From: a virus
IMG/VR virus record: IMGVR_UViG_3300022932_000017
Coordinates: 9,821 to 73,820 of that record
Strand: one strand, 5' to 3'
Length of the DNA stretch: 64,000 bases
The translations under genes and the position numbers were made by a program. The notes under the pieces are model-generated. The model saw nothing but the letters and a program-made list of their open reading frames with translations, ran no database searches and was not told where the DNA came from. Positions 48,742 through 57,752 of this stretch are shown piece after piece; position 1 is the stretch's first letter; the number at the start of each line of letters is the position of its first letter.

Positions 48742-49149
48742 TTGACCAATTATATTTATAAGGATATGGAAAACACATTAGAAAATAAAGCGAAGTTCTT
48801 TGCTCAATATTGGAATCAAGATTGCTTTTTTTGTGGCAGACCAGAACAAAAAGAACCTTACAAAGTGTATCACTATCAAGGTATTCTTGAAAAATATCCG
48901 GACATATCTTATTTGCATCTTAAACCACTATCATCAATTACAGATGAAGATGCTAATGCAATAACGATTTATGGTCTATATTCAAAAGGTAGATTTAATG
49001 AGGTAGGATATGATACCCCATCAGGTTTTCAGCGCTATTCTAGCGATAGCATAGACTTTATTCGTTCACGTGGATATGCAATTAGATACTTAGGCTTATC
49101 AGTAGAAAAAATGATTGAGTATGGATGGATTAAGCTTCAAGAAGTATGA
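48742..49149 (+). CDS. Bacteroidota phage hypothetical protein
   Basis: LKPLSSITDEDA...DFIRSRGYA...GWIKL pattern. Confidence 0.7.
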   Translation: MTNYIYKDMENTLENKAKFFAQYWNQDCFFCGRPEQKEPYKVYHYQGILEKYPDISYLHLKPLSSITDEDANAITIYGLYSKGRFNEVGYDTPSGFQRYSSDSIDFIRSRGYAIRYLGLSVEKMIEYGWIKLQEV

Positions 49150-49247
49150 TAACCCTATTAATATGCTTATATATCTGCCTATTGGATATACTAAGCGACT
49201 GCGAAGAACTAGACCCTAACGATACTAACTTTTAAACTTAAAAATAA

Positions 49248-49592
49248 ATGAAAAGCATAAAACAAATAATAGAACAATTAGAGTTCTGTAAATTCACAGA
49301 TGAACATGGACATCCGTTAGAGAATAATGTTGCATTCATGTCTTTAAAAACACTTGAAAACAGAACTTTACTACCTGAATATGCTGCCGGAGATATTGTG
49401 TACTTTATGCACAAAGAAAAAATAACTAAAGCTAAAATCACTAGCTCACAAATTTTCAATTGCAATTCTAATCAAGCTAAGATACAATATACGGCAGAAG
49501 ATTTTAACAATCCTGTAACGTGGATTGACTATCAATACTTAAATCCAAATCAATTGTTCAGTTCTAAAACGGCATTAATTGAATCACTATAA
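49248..49592 (+). CDS. Hypothetical protein
   Basis: GDIVYFM...LFSSK.ALIESL pattern. Confidence 0.65.
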   Translation: MKSIKQIIEQLEFCKFTDEHGHPLENNVAFMSLKTLENRTLLPEYAAGDIVYFMHKEKITKAKITSSQIFNCNSNQAKIQYTAEDFNNPVTWIDYQYLNPNQLFSSKTALIESL

Positions 49593-49869
49593 CATGGAAA
49601 AAGATTTATTACCCGAACACTACACTTACAAAAATCAACCTTACTACAAAGGTGATGGAGTGTTAAACGTTACACAGCTTGAAACATTAGCTAAGGATTT
49701 TACAGAATATGTACATCAGCAAGCAATTATAAAAGACAAGTTGATAAAAGCGTTGAATGAGATTAACGATATTGATACATCTTATGAAAAGTCAATTAAT
49801 GACACATGGATTAGAGGCAGATCTAGCGGAGTATTAAAATGTCAAAAAATAGCACAAGAAGTACTTTAA
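49579..49869 (+). CDS. Hypothetical protein
   Basis: Operon packing; true start probably MEKDLL. Confidence 0.55.
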   Translation: MNHYNMEKDLLPEHYTYKNQPYYKGDGVLNVTQLETLAKDFTEYVHQQAIIKDKLIKALNEINDIDTSYEKSINDTWIRGRSSGVLKCQKIAQEVL

Positions 49870-49880
49870 ATAAAAACAAC

Positions 49881-50072
49881 ATGGAAACTAACACACGTAT
49901 AAGCCTCACTAAGGCATTAAAAAACAACAACAGCATAATTGACTTGCTTACTAAAGATAAGACCAGAGAGCAAGGCATTGCGCTTCTAAGCGAGAAATCA
50001 AATGTATCTGTTAACTTTCTTACTATTCACTTTGCAGAGGTAAGGAGAATGGTATTTGAATTAAGTATGTAG
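49881..50072 (+). CDS. Hypothetical protein
   Basis: METNTR start in an A-rich context. Confidence 0.5.
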   Translation: METNTRISLTKALKNNNSIIDLLTKDKTREQGIALLSEKSNVSVNFLTIHFAEVRRMVFELSM

Positions 50073-50077
50073 GGATT

Positions 50078-50296
50078 ATGGGAAAATTAAGTGAAATGCC
50101 AGAAATTGTAGATGTAGCGAAAGACTTATTAGCACACAGACCAGATTGTCACGAGACAGCACAAGTAATTTACAACAAACTAATGAGCATGTCTCAAAAT
50201 ATGTGCGTATACGTAATGCTTGCTGCGTATGAAGCTCAAAAAGAAGAAGCGGAACGGCATAAAAAAGCATTAGAAGTTTATTTAAACAACAGATAA
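50078..50296 (+). CDS. Hypothetical protein
   Basis: Operon packing. Confidence 0.55.
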   Translation: MGKLSEMPEIVDVAKDLLAHRPDCHETAQVIYNKLMSMSQNMCVYVMLAAYEAQKEEAERHKKALEVYLNNR

Positions 50297-50300
50297 GAAG

Positions 50301-50648
50301 ATGAAGGATTTTGTAGAACAGGAGATTGCAATCAGAATTGCTCAAAACATAAGGTCAGAAAGATTAAAGCAGGGGATTAAAGCCGTAGATATGGCAGACC
50401 TTTTAGGTATTAGTGCCCCAAGCTATTCTCAACTTGAAACAGGTAACATTCTATTTAGCGTAGAACGTATTCTTAAAGTATGTCAGGCATTACAAGTGCC
50501 ATTACATGCAATAATTGAACATGAGCTAGTACCTAAGATAGATGAAGAGATTGAAAGGCTTAAACAGCAAGCGGTAAGGGATAAGGAATTGATTATTGAT
50601 TTACAGAACAGACTTTTGAAAGAGAGTCGAAAAAAGAAACTATTATGA
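50301..50648 (+). CDS. XRE-family HTH transcriptional regulator
   Basis: NIRSERLKQGI...MADLLGIS..SYSQLETG...ILKVCQAL; C-terminal coiled coil. Confidence 0.85.
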   Translation: MKDFVEQEIAIRIAQNIRSERLKQGIKAVDMADLLGISAPSYSQLETGNILFSVERILKVCQALQVPLHAIIEHELVPKIDEEIERLKQQAVRDKELIIDLQNRLLKESRKKKLL

Positions 50649-50902
50649 ATATAGCAGAAGCACAAGCGTTACGATATGGCGCACAAATAGTGAAGACATA
50701 TCCAGATTGGATACCAACATCTGAAAGATTGCCAGAAAGTAATACTACGGTGTTAGTAGTAGCCAATAAAGGCTCTATTTTTATGATGTATTTTGGATTA
50801 GGGAATAGCGGTGTTGATGAATGGTTTCACAACGATTGTGAGATTAGGCCTTATATGATTCCTAAATATTGGATGCCATTACCCGAATTGCCCAAAGAAT
50901 AG
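50645..50902 (+). CDS. DUF551-like protein
   Basis: WIPTSERLPE...YWMPLPELP. Confidence 0.8.
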   Translation: MNIAEAQALRYGAQIVKTYPDWIPTSERLPESNTTVLVVANKGSIFMMYFGLGNSGVDEWFHNDCEIRPYMIPKYWMPLPELPKE

Positions 50903-50905
50903 AAT

Positions 50906-51073
50906 ATGTCAAAGCATGATAAACAAACCGCTCAATTCGGCAAGTACAAAGGCAAGCTAATTTCATGGATATTAGAAAATGACCCTGCTTATGCTGAATG
51001 GTTAGCTAAAAGATCTAACTCCAAAACTAAATCTAAAAGAGCAGCACAATCATTATTAGATAAATCAAAATGA
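50906..51073 (+). CDS. Small DUF3820/ExoX C-terminal-like protein (55 aa), absent from the ORF track
   Basis: FGKYKGK.I.WI...DPAYAEWL. Confidence 0.7.
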   Translation: MSKHDKQTAQFGKYKGKLISWILENDPAYAEWLAKRSNSKTKSKRAAQSLLDKSK

Positions 51074-51189
51074 GTAAACAGAAATACTACCCCATAAGCG
51101 AAATAGTACTCGCTATATTAGGTTTATTAGCTTTGATCGTACTACTAGACTACTTTAAAATTATTCACCTCACACATTAAAATTATGAA

Positions 51190-51807
51190 ATGAGAACAAG
51201 AAGAAGATTTCAAGAAGATAGCCCAGAAGAAGTCAAGGCTGCTTTTATTAGCAAGTTCAACTACAATCCAATAAGCGGAGAGATAACAAATACTTTAAGC
51301 GGTAGATTTTATTTGAAATTGAACAAAAAGAAGTATAGACAGGAATTATCTGTTGGACTTAACAAAGTCGAACACTGCGTTAACTATCATAGATTATGTT
51401 GGTTCTTACATTACAATCAAATTGTACCTGATGACATGCAAATAGACCACATAAATAACGTTAAGGATGATAACAGGATAGTCAATCTACGTATTTGCTC
51501 GAATCAAGATAATGCAAAGAAGCAACTACTAAGAATGGACAATAAAACCGGATACAAAGGTGTATCATATTGCTATGATGTAAATCAACAAGGCAAAATT
51601 TATTACTATTATACTGCCGCTATCGGACTAGATAAAAAACCAACTAAAATTGGAAGATTTAAAGATCCTATAGAAGCAGCAAAGTTTTACGATTCAGCAG
51701 CTAGATATTATTTCGAAACATTCTCTAAGTGCAACTTTGAAGAAGAGTTTATACCGCCAATGTCAGTTGAGGAACTAAGAATCCTAAAGAAACAAAAGAA
51801 ATTATAA
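51190..51807 (+). CDS. HNH-AP2 homing endonuclease
   Basis: HRLCW...IDHINNVKDDNRIVNLR; AP2 NKTGYKGV...IGRFKDPIEAAKFYD. Confidence 0.9.
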   Translation: MRTRRRFQEDSPEEVKAAFISKFNYNPISGEITNTLSGRFYLKLNKKKYRQELSVGLNKVEHCVNYHRLCWFLHYNQIVPDDMQIDHINNVKDDNRIVNLRICSNQDNAKKQLLRMDNKTGYKGVSYCYDVNQQGKIYYYYTAAIGLDKKPTKIGRFKDPIEAAKFYDSAARYYFETFSKCNFEEEFIPPMSVEELRILKKQKKL

Positions 51808-51982
51808 CAGACATGGAAGACAACCTAAAAGTATTAAGAGGCAAAATAGAAGCACTTATTGTCGATTTAGATGCCGATGAAAAGGCTGAACTCAACAAAC
51901 CTAATTCTGACTTTACAGAACTAGTTAGTATCACTTCTAAAATAAATGCCTACCGAACAGTAATCAACTTATTATACGAGCT

Positions 51983-52312
51983 ATGAAAGGAAAACCAATA
52001 ACCTTCACCCGTAATATTAACGGAGAGGACGTAGAAATAGACGATGGATATGAGACTACTTGGGATGATTTTGATGAAGACTATCCTGATGATACAGAAA
52101 GTCGCTTAGAACTGCTTAAAATCATTAATACATGTCATTTATTCTACAGTACAACAATAACAGAACACTTTCCTCTTAGAAGTCAATTTAAAGATATGTT
52201 GATATGTCATTGCGAACAGAAGCTGTTCGATGTTGAGTTTAGTGAACAAGCTAAAAGAGAGATTAGCACAGTAGGAGAATTAATTGATTACCTTATAGAA
52301 CAAGGAGTATGA
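51983..52312 (+). CDS. Acidic protein with degenerate acyl-carrier-protein-like C-terminal half
   Basis: RSQFKDMLICHCEQKLFDVEFSEQAKREISTVGELIDYL aligns to ACP [38 protein letters not shown]. Confidence 0.5.
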   Translation: MKGKPITFTRNINGEDVEIDDGYETTWDDFDEDYPDDTESRLELLKIINTCHLFYSTTITEHFPLRSQFKDMLICHCEQKLFDVEFSEQAKREISTVGELIDYLIEQGV

Positions 52313-52578
52313 AAAAGACACAATATAAATGGACGGTACAACCAGATAGTCCACACACAATTGCCGTAACAGATGGAGAACGGGATATATGTATTGTAGA
52401 ATGCAAAGGCGATGTATTGAGCGAAGAAGATTGAAATATTGCACGATTAATAAGCGCTGATCCCGATTTATTTAAAGCAGCGTATGAATTTGTAGCAAAG
52501 GTTGATAATGGGCAAGCAAAGTCCGTAGACAGCTACAGTAAATTTAAAGCAGCTATTAAAAAAGCGATGTTAACATGA
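52309..52578 (+). pseudogene. Common phage protein (NARLIAAAPDLL family) broken by an in-frame TGA at 52432
   Basis: ...VLSEED*NIARLISADPDLFKAA...FKAAIKKA; the frame continues 47 codons past the stop. Confidence 0.65.
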
Positions 52579-52720
52579 CACCAATGTTTAGGCAACCCCG
52601 ATCAAAGTTTGTCCGCAAACTACCAATGCAACAGAAACTAGTCACCCAAGACGGAGAAGTATATAACTATAGCTTTAAGGGCGGACTACACTTTATATTT
52701 TCACACTTTATTAAATAACA

Positions 52721-53446
52721 ATGGAAACTAACAAAGAATATTTACAACGATTATTGCCCCTTCTAAAGAAGGAGATACCTTCACAATGGAGGGTACAAAG
52801 CTACTCTAAGAACAAGCCTATTGCTACGGTAATGAGTTACATCGACCAAAGAGATTTAATGGATGTACTAGACGCTTATTGCGATTATGGATGGGAAAAG
52901 AGATACGAAGAGGTTGCCGGAAATGTATTCTGCTCGATTGGCATACACATGCCTGATGGTACAACTCATTGGAGAAGTGATTGCGGAGTAGAAAGCCAGT
53001 CAGATGCCGAAAAAGGGCGTGCAAGTGATGCAGCTAAAAGGGCAGGTGTTAATTGGGGTGTTGGGAGGTTCTTATATGACAAGAAAATACAATATGTACC
53101 AACTAATGTTAAAAAAGAAGGAAATAACTATCCGTATTGCATAGACGAACAAGGTAAACAGATTTGGGACTTGACTACCTACATTAACAACAAGAATCCG
53201 AATGCTCCTAAAGCACCTGTTAGCGTAGCAGAACCTACAATTGACCAAAAGGTTCAACAAATGAATCCTGCTAAGTCACCATTAACCGAAGAAAAATTAA
53301 AGCAATACAAAGAGGCTATTGATAAAATAGTATCAGCTACAGGCTTAACAGGGTATTACAACTCACTTGCCGCAGATGTACAGGCAAATAAAACAGTACA
53401 ACAGTATTTAAAAGACAAACGTGATTCACTTAAAGCTAAAGCATAA
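52721..53446 (+). CDS. sak: Rad52/Sak-family single-strand annealing protein
   Basis: WRVQ...YIDQRD.MD.LD...WRSDCG.ES..AEKG.ASDA.KRA.V.WGVGRFLY. Confidence 0.85.
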   Translation: METNKEYLQRLLPLLKKEIPSQWRVQSYSKNKPIATVMSYIDQRDLMDVLDAYCDYGWEKRYEEVAGNVFCSIGIHMPDGTTHWRSDCGVESQSDAEKGRASDAAKRAGVNWGVGRFLYDKKIQYVPTNVKKEGNNYPYCIDEQGKQIWDLTTYINNKNPNAPKAPVSVAEPTIDQKVQQMNPAKSPLTEEKLKQYKEAIDKIVSATGLTGYYNSLAADVQANKTVQQYLKDKRDSLKAKA

Positions 53447-53937
53447 TGGAAGAGAACATTGAACACAAACTACAGAATGAGCTACAGGTAAATACCGTAG
53501 GCTTATTAAAAGCAAGTAAATCGGATATAGCCAATATCGTTAAAGACGTAATGTATAACGTTAATGAAGGCTACGTAGATAAATTAGATTCTTACATCTT
53601 CGCTAAGAAGCTAGAAACATTAGCAAAAGACTTAGTTAAGAAGCTAAAGCCTCTAGCGGAAGAAACACCAATCAATAAAGGATTCGTAAAGCATAACGTT
53701 GCCATTACAGAGGGTAATAAAGGCGTATCATGGGATTATTCAGAAACAGGAGACGTTGTACTGCCGGAACTATTAAGAAAGCAGGAAGAGCTTAAAAAGG
53801 AGATTGAGAACAGGCATAAGTTCTTACAGACTATAACCAAACCTACTCCTTTAATTGATCCTGATTCAGGAGAGGTATATACGGTAAATCCTCCTATTAA
53901 ATCTGGTTCATTGGGATTCACTCTAAATATTCAGTAA
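53446..53937 (+). CDS. Hypothetical protein linked to sak
   Basis: TAATG coupling; WDYS...IDPDSGEV...PP.K pattern. Confidence 0.7.
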   Translation: MEENIEHKLQNELQVNTVGLLKASKSDIANIVKDVMYNVNEGYVDKLDSYIFAKKLETLAKDLVKKLKPLAEETPINKGFVKHNVAITEGNKGVSWDYSETGDVVLPELLRKQEELKKEIENRHKFLQTITKPTPLIDPDSGEVYTVNPPIKSGSLGFTLNIQ

Positions 53938-54117
53938 ATGAAATTCAGCAAAATAATAGCAACTAACAAAGGCACTCAAGAGAATTTAACGTTCTACTTC
54001 ATCCTTGTAGGTAACAGTGTAAATCTTCTACCTATACATACCGATACAGAGCCTTTTAAATATGAGAGCATACATTATATGCTTGAAGAGTGGATTAACA
54101 TAACTAAATTTTAGATC

Positions 54118-54567
54118 ATGGACAAAATAAGATTATTAGCTATTGACCAAGCAAGTGCTTGTGGATGGGCTACAGCGAATGCTTCGGGAGTATGGGATTT
54201 TAAAACCAGAAAGGATGAATCTAGTGGCATGAAGATGTTGCGATTCCGTTCTAAATTAAAAGAGGTTTGTGGACTAGAGGAAATAAACTTGATTGCCTAC
54301 GAAAGAGTTGCCGGATTTCACAAAGAAGCAATTATTCATGCTGCCAAAATGGTTGCTATTATAGAAAGCTATTGTGAAGAAAATGGCATTCAATATAAAG
54401 CCGTTTCAGCTACAGAGGTGAAGAAATATGCTACAGGTAAGGGCAAAGCTAACAAAGATAAAATGGTTGAAGCAGCACAGATTAAATTAGGTTATACAGG
54501 TAAGGATGACAACGAGGCTGATGCTTTATGGATTTACCAATTAGTAAAAAATGAATTAAGCTTTTAA
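54118..54567 (+). CDS. RuvC-like Holliday junction resolvase
   Basis: LLAID...IAYE...VKKYATGKGKANK..M...DDNEADA. Confidence 0.85.
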   Translation: MDKIRLLAIDQASACGWATANASGVWDFKTRKDESSGMKMLRFRSKLKEVCGLEEINLIAYERVAGFHKEAIIHAAKMVAIIESYCEENGIQYKAVSATEVKKYATGKGKANKDKMVEAAQIKLGYTGKDDNEADALWIYQLVKNELSF

Positions 54568-54568
54568 T

Positions 54569-54682
54569 ATGAAAACACTAATCATCCTTATTGCAGTTAT
54601 CCTGCTATCATCATGCAGTAATAGAATATGTCCTGCTTATAATCAAGGGAGGACTCATAACATTTTAAAGGGACGTAGTTAA
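54569..54682 (+). CDS. Tiny lipoprotein (37 aa), absent from the ORF track
   Basis: MKTLIILIAVILLSS|CSNRICPAY: lipobox LSSC. Confidence 0.6.
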   Translation: MKTLIILIAVILLSSCSNRICPAYNQGRTHNILKGRS

Positions 54683-54704
54683 AAACAAATAAAAACATAA
54701 AATT

Positions 54705-55484
54705 ATGGGATGTGATATACACATGTTTGCCGAGAAAAAGGTAAACGGAAAATGGGAACAAGTAGGTAAAATTTTTGAAAATCCTTATTATTCAGAAGAC
54801 AGAGAATCTACAGTTGATCAAGATGGTTTTGAATGGAATCCAAAGCTAACTAATCAGCCATACAAAGCAAGGAATTATGACCTTTTTGCTATCCTTGCTG
54901 ATGTTAGAAATGGAAGAGGGTTTGCCGGAGTAAATACGGGAGAAGGATTCAATCCAATATCTTCTCCAAAAGGATTACCGAAAGATATTTCTAAAGAATT
55001 ATTAAACGAAGAAATATGTGCGGTAGGAAAAGATGATTTAGAATTATCTGATTTACAAAGATGGGTAGAAAAGGGATATTCAAAATGGGTAGAAGAAAAC
55101 ATTAGTTGTACTAATCCAGACTACCATTCTCATTCTTGGTTCACTTTAAAAGAATTAAAGGATTATGATTGGCATCAAATTACAATGAAGCGAGGAACAA
55201 TATCCTTAAATCAGTACAAAAAATTAAAAGAAAATGGAGGATCACCCGATGGATGGTCAGGTTCAGTTGGTGGCGAGAACGTAATAACAATTGATGAAAA
55301 TTCTGCTGATCTGTTTTTAGAAGGAAAACTGCCAGATTTAGTAGGTAAAAATATTTACGTCGATTATCATTGGGCTATTACGTATTCAGACCATGCACAA
55401 CACTTTATCACCGATACAATTCCAACTTTAGAAGCATTAGGTGAACCAGAAGATGTAAGAATTGTATTTTGGTTTGATAATTAA
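54705..55484 (+). CDS. Conserved phage protein (MGCDIH family)
   Basis: MGCDIH...RNYDLFAILADVRN...HSHSW.TLKEL...RIVFWFDN. Confidence 0.8.
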   Translation: MGCDIHMFAEKKVNGKWEQVGKIFENPYYSEDRESTVDQDGFEWNPKLTNQPYKARNYDLFAILADVRNGRGFAGVNTGEGFNPISSPKGLPKDISKELLNEEICAVGKDDLELSDLQRWVEKGYSKWVEENISCTNPDYHSHSWFTLKELKDYDWHQITMKRGTISLNQYKKLKENGGSPDGWSGSVGGENVITIDENSADLFLEGKLPDLVGKNIYVDYHWAITYSDHAQHFITDTIPTLEALGEPEDVRIVFWFDN

Positions 55485-55517
55485 TTTGCAACTGTAAAAT
55501 ATTACCACGTACTTTGC
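55485..55517 (+). promoter_or_regulatory. Sigma-A-like promoter TTTG-N21-TACTTTGC
   Basis: -33 element plus a near-consensus -7 element, upstream of the structured leader. Confidence 0.6.
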
Positions 55518-55532
55518 TGTACAATATCAACA

Positions 55533-55662
55533 CCCCTGCCAAGGAGTTCAGATATAAAGTAGTACTTCAAAGATAATCCATAAGGGGTTAGGAGTTTTAA
55601 CATAAATACCATCTTACTTGGCAGGGGAATAAGGTATCAATTGTTTAACCCTAACCCCTTTT
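55533..55662 (+). ncRNA. Structured 5' leader with interleaved inverted repeats and a terminator-like end
   Basis: CCCCTGCCAAG (55533-55543)/CTTGGCAGGGG (55617-55627) crossing AAGGGGTTAGG (55582-55592)/CCTAACCCCTT (55650-55660). Confidence 0.65.
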
Positions 55663-55935
55663 GCTATGACAGGCAATTTAAAAACTACTCCAACATGACA
55701 GCCCACACTACAGCGTTAGTGACAAAGGCGCTTGCAAATGTTACACTTCAATTTACGAGATTGACTGGATCAGGTCACACTTACATGGTTAAGAATAAAG
55801 ATGATTTTTCAGGGGGACTTTTTCTTTTCTTTCTTCTTTTCCTTTATTTTCTTACGCTTCTTTTATTTCCTTTTGTTCTTTCTTTTCTTTTGGGGCAGGG
55901 AAAGAAAACCGCATAAAGACTAAAAACAAACTCAA

Positions 55936-56817
55936 ATGAATAACACAGAAATCATAAACAAAATACTGTTCTCAAAAACGGCAGCAGAACTATTTGAAGA
56001 TTTATCAGACTGGAAGAAAACATACAGGTTATACAGTAAAATTCACCCTGATATATGTAAAGAACCAAAAGCACAAGAAGCCTTTGTAAAGTTAAACGAA
56101 TTTAAAACTGAACTCGAAAAAGGTAAAACTCACAACGATGATGCAGGAACTGTAACTTATTCCCTTTATACAATTGAAATAATTGGTGATGCAGATCTTC
56201 TTAAATCCTCTTTTGAAAACTACAACAAATTAATGGCGCTCACTGATGAATCCTCTAAGCACTTTAAAAAATACATTCCTACATCCGGCAGAATGATTTC
56301 CGATAATGAGTTAGAATGGACTATAGATTATAGGGCAATGCCTTTATCTTCAATAGGCGACCAACCACATTTACATGTTAATTGGATTACAAGCAGAATG
56401 TTAGAATTTGCATCGTGGCTTAGTCAGGTAGGATATTGTCATGCAGGAATTAACCCTGATTCAATTTACATTATTCCTGAAAATCATGGCATGATGTGTA
56501 TTTCTTTTTACCACATGGTAGCTATGGGAACTAAATTAAGAAGCGCATCAGGTAAATATTCAAATTTATACCCTCATAAAATATTTGACCACAAAAAAGC
56601 CACCTCTAATATCGATATAGAGCTTGCTAAGCGAACTGCAATATACTTACTAGGGGATAAGTCAGCTACAGGAAATAAACTCCGTAAAACCCACAATGAA
56701 GAGATTATAGACTTCCTTCAAAAGACGGATTACGATGGACTGGAAACCTACAAAGAATACAGGTCAATCCTAAAAAAACACTTCGACACAAAACAATTCA
56801 ATAAATTAATCATATAA
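55936..56817 (+). CDS. J-domain fused to a protein-kinase-like (pseudokinase) domain
   Basis: WKKTYRLYSKIHPD...AQEAFVKLN J-domain; GYCHAGINPDSIYII catalytic-loop-like segment lacking HRD and DFG. Confidence 0.75.
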   Translation: MNNTEIINKILFSKTAAELFEDLSDWKKTYRLYSKIHPDICKEPKAQEAFVKLNEFKTELEKGKTHNDDAGTVTYSLYTIEIIGDADLLKSSFENYNKLMALTDESSKHFKKYIPTSGRMISDNELEWTIDYRAMPLSSIGDQPHLHVNWITSRMLEFASWLSQVGYCHAGINPDSIYIIPENHGMMCISFYHMVAMGTKLRSASGKYSNLYPHKIFDHKKATSNIDIELAKRTAIYLLGDKSATGNKLRKTHNEEIIDFLQKTDYDGLETYKEYRSILKKHFDTKQFNKLII

Positions 56818-56830
56818 ACAAAGAAAGACA

Positions 56831-57751
56831 ATGGGAAGTTCAAGTTGGTCAAGTGATGCTTATCAAAATTTAAGAGCATCTAACAGTACAAAAAGTACAA
56901 ATCAAATTTTCACTCAAAGCGCAAAGAAAACAACCGCTACAGAGTTATCGCCAATTAATCTTAAATTCAGAGAAGCCAGAGATAGCGACGCTCACCCTGA
57001 ATCATTAGCGGTAATCGTTAACCTTGATGTAACAGGTAGCATGGGTAGGATACCAGAAGTTATGGTAAGAGAGAAATTAGGAACCCTAATGGACACATTA
57101 ATCAGTCATGGTATTAAAGATGCCTCTATCTTATTCGGAGCAATAGGAGATCATTTTACAGACACCGACCCTTTACAGGTGGGACAATTTGAATCCGGAA
57201 CTGATGAAATAACTAAGTGTTTAACCTCTATCTATCTTGAGGGTTACGGTGGCGGTCAGGTAAAAGAATCTTATTTGTTGGCATGGTTAATCGCTGCACG
57301 TCACACAAGTATCGATTGCTTTGAAAAACGTGGGCAGAAAGGAATCTTGTTTACTATTGGTGACGAAGCATCTTGGGATAAGGTAAGCGCAGATAAGTTA
57401 AAAAACCTGCTTGGTTATTCAGAGGCTACAGAAATTACAGATAAGGATATTTTAGAGGAAGCACAAAGAATGTATCACGTATTTCACATACATGTAAATG
57501 AGGGTAGTTACAAAGACAATCCTACCGTTCTTGAGTATTGGAGAAATATGGTTGGTGAAAGATTAATTATTTTGGATAATTACCAAAACATAGCTGAATT
57601 AATCGCTTCTACCGTTGCTATTATTCATGGCATTGACATCGACCAAGTAACTAAATCATTCAGTCCGGCAGTAGCCTCAAGCATTAAGAATGCTCTTGTA
57701 AGAGTAGACACATCAGTAGCAAAACAATCAAACAAAGTAATTACATTTTAA
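56831..57751 (+). CDS. vWA domain protein
   Basis: MIDAS-like LDVTGSMG; EGYGGGQ..ESY; FTIGDE. Confidence 0.85.
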   Translation: MGSSSWSSDAYQNLRASNSTKSTNQIFTQSAKKTTATELSPINLKFREARDSDAHPESLAVIVNLDVTGSMGRIPEVMVREKLGTLMDTLISHGIKDASILFGAIGDHFTDTDPLQVGQFESGTDEITKCLTSIYLEGYGGGQVKESYLLAWLIAARHTSIDCFEKRGQKGILFTIGDEASWDKVSADKLKNLLGYSEATEITDKDILEEAQRMYHVFHIHVNEGSYKDNPTVLEYWRNMVGERLIILDNYQNIAELIASTVAIIHGIDIDQVTKSFSPAVASSIKNALVRVDTSVAKQSNKVITF

Positions 57752-57752
57752 T

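Noticed and set aside
50301-50648. Lysogeny switch / prophage
   Set aside because: The XRE gene is co-oriented within an operon and lacks a peptidase domain; no integrase, att site or host genes are visible
52432-52434. Genome-wide stop-codon reassignment as in some crAss-like phages
   Set aside because: TGA and TAG end many well-packed genes, long genes are intact in code 11, and no suppressor tRNA was seen
55893-55900. KOPS motif GGGCAGGG as target of the FtsK-gamma domain
   Set aside because: Only a single occurrence noticed; no polarised array, and the E. coli motif may not apply to this host
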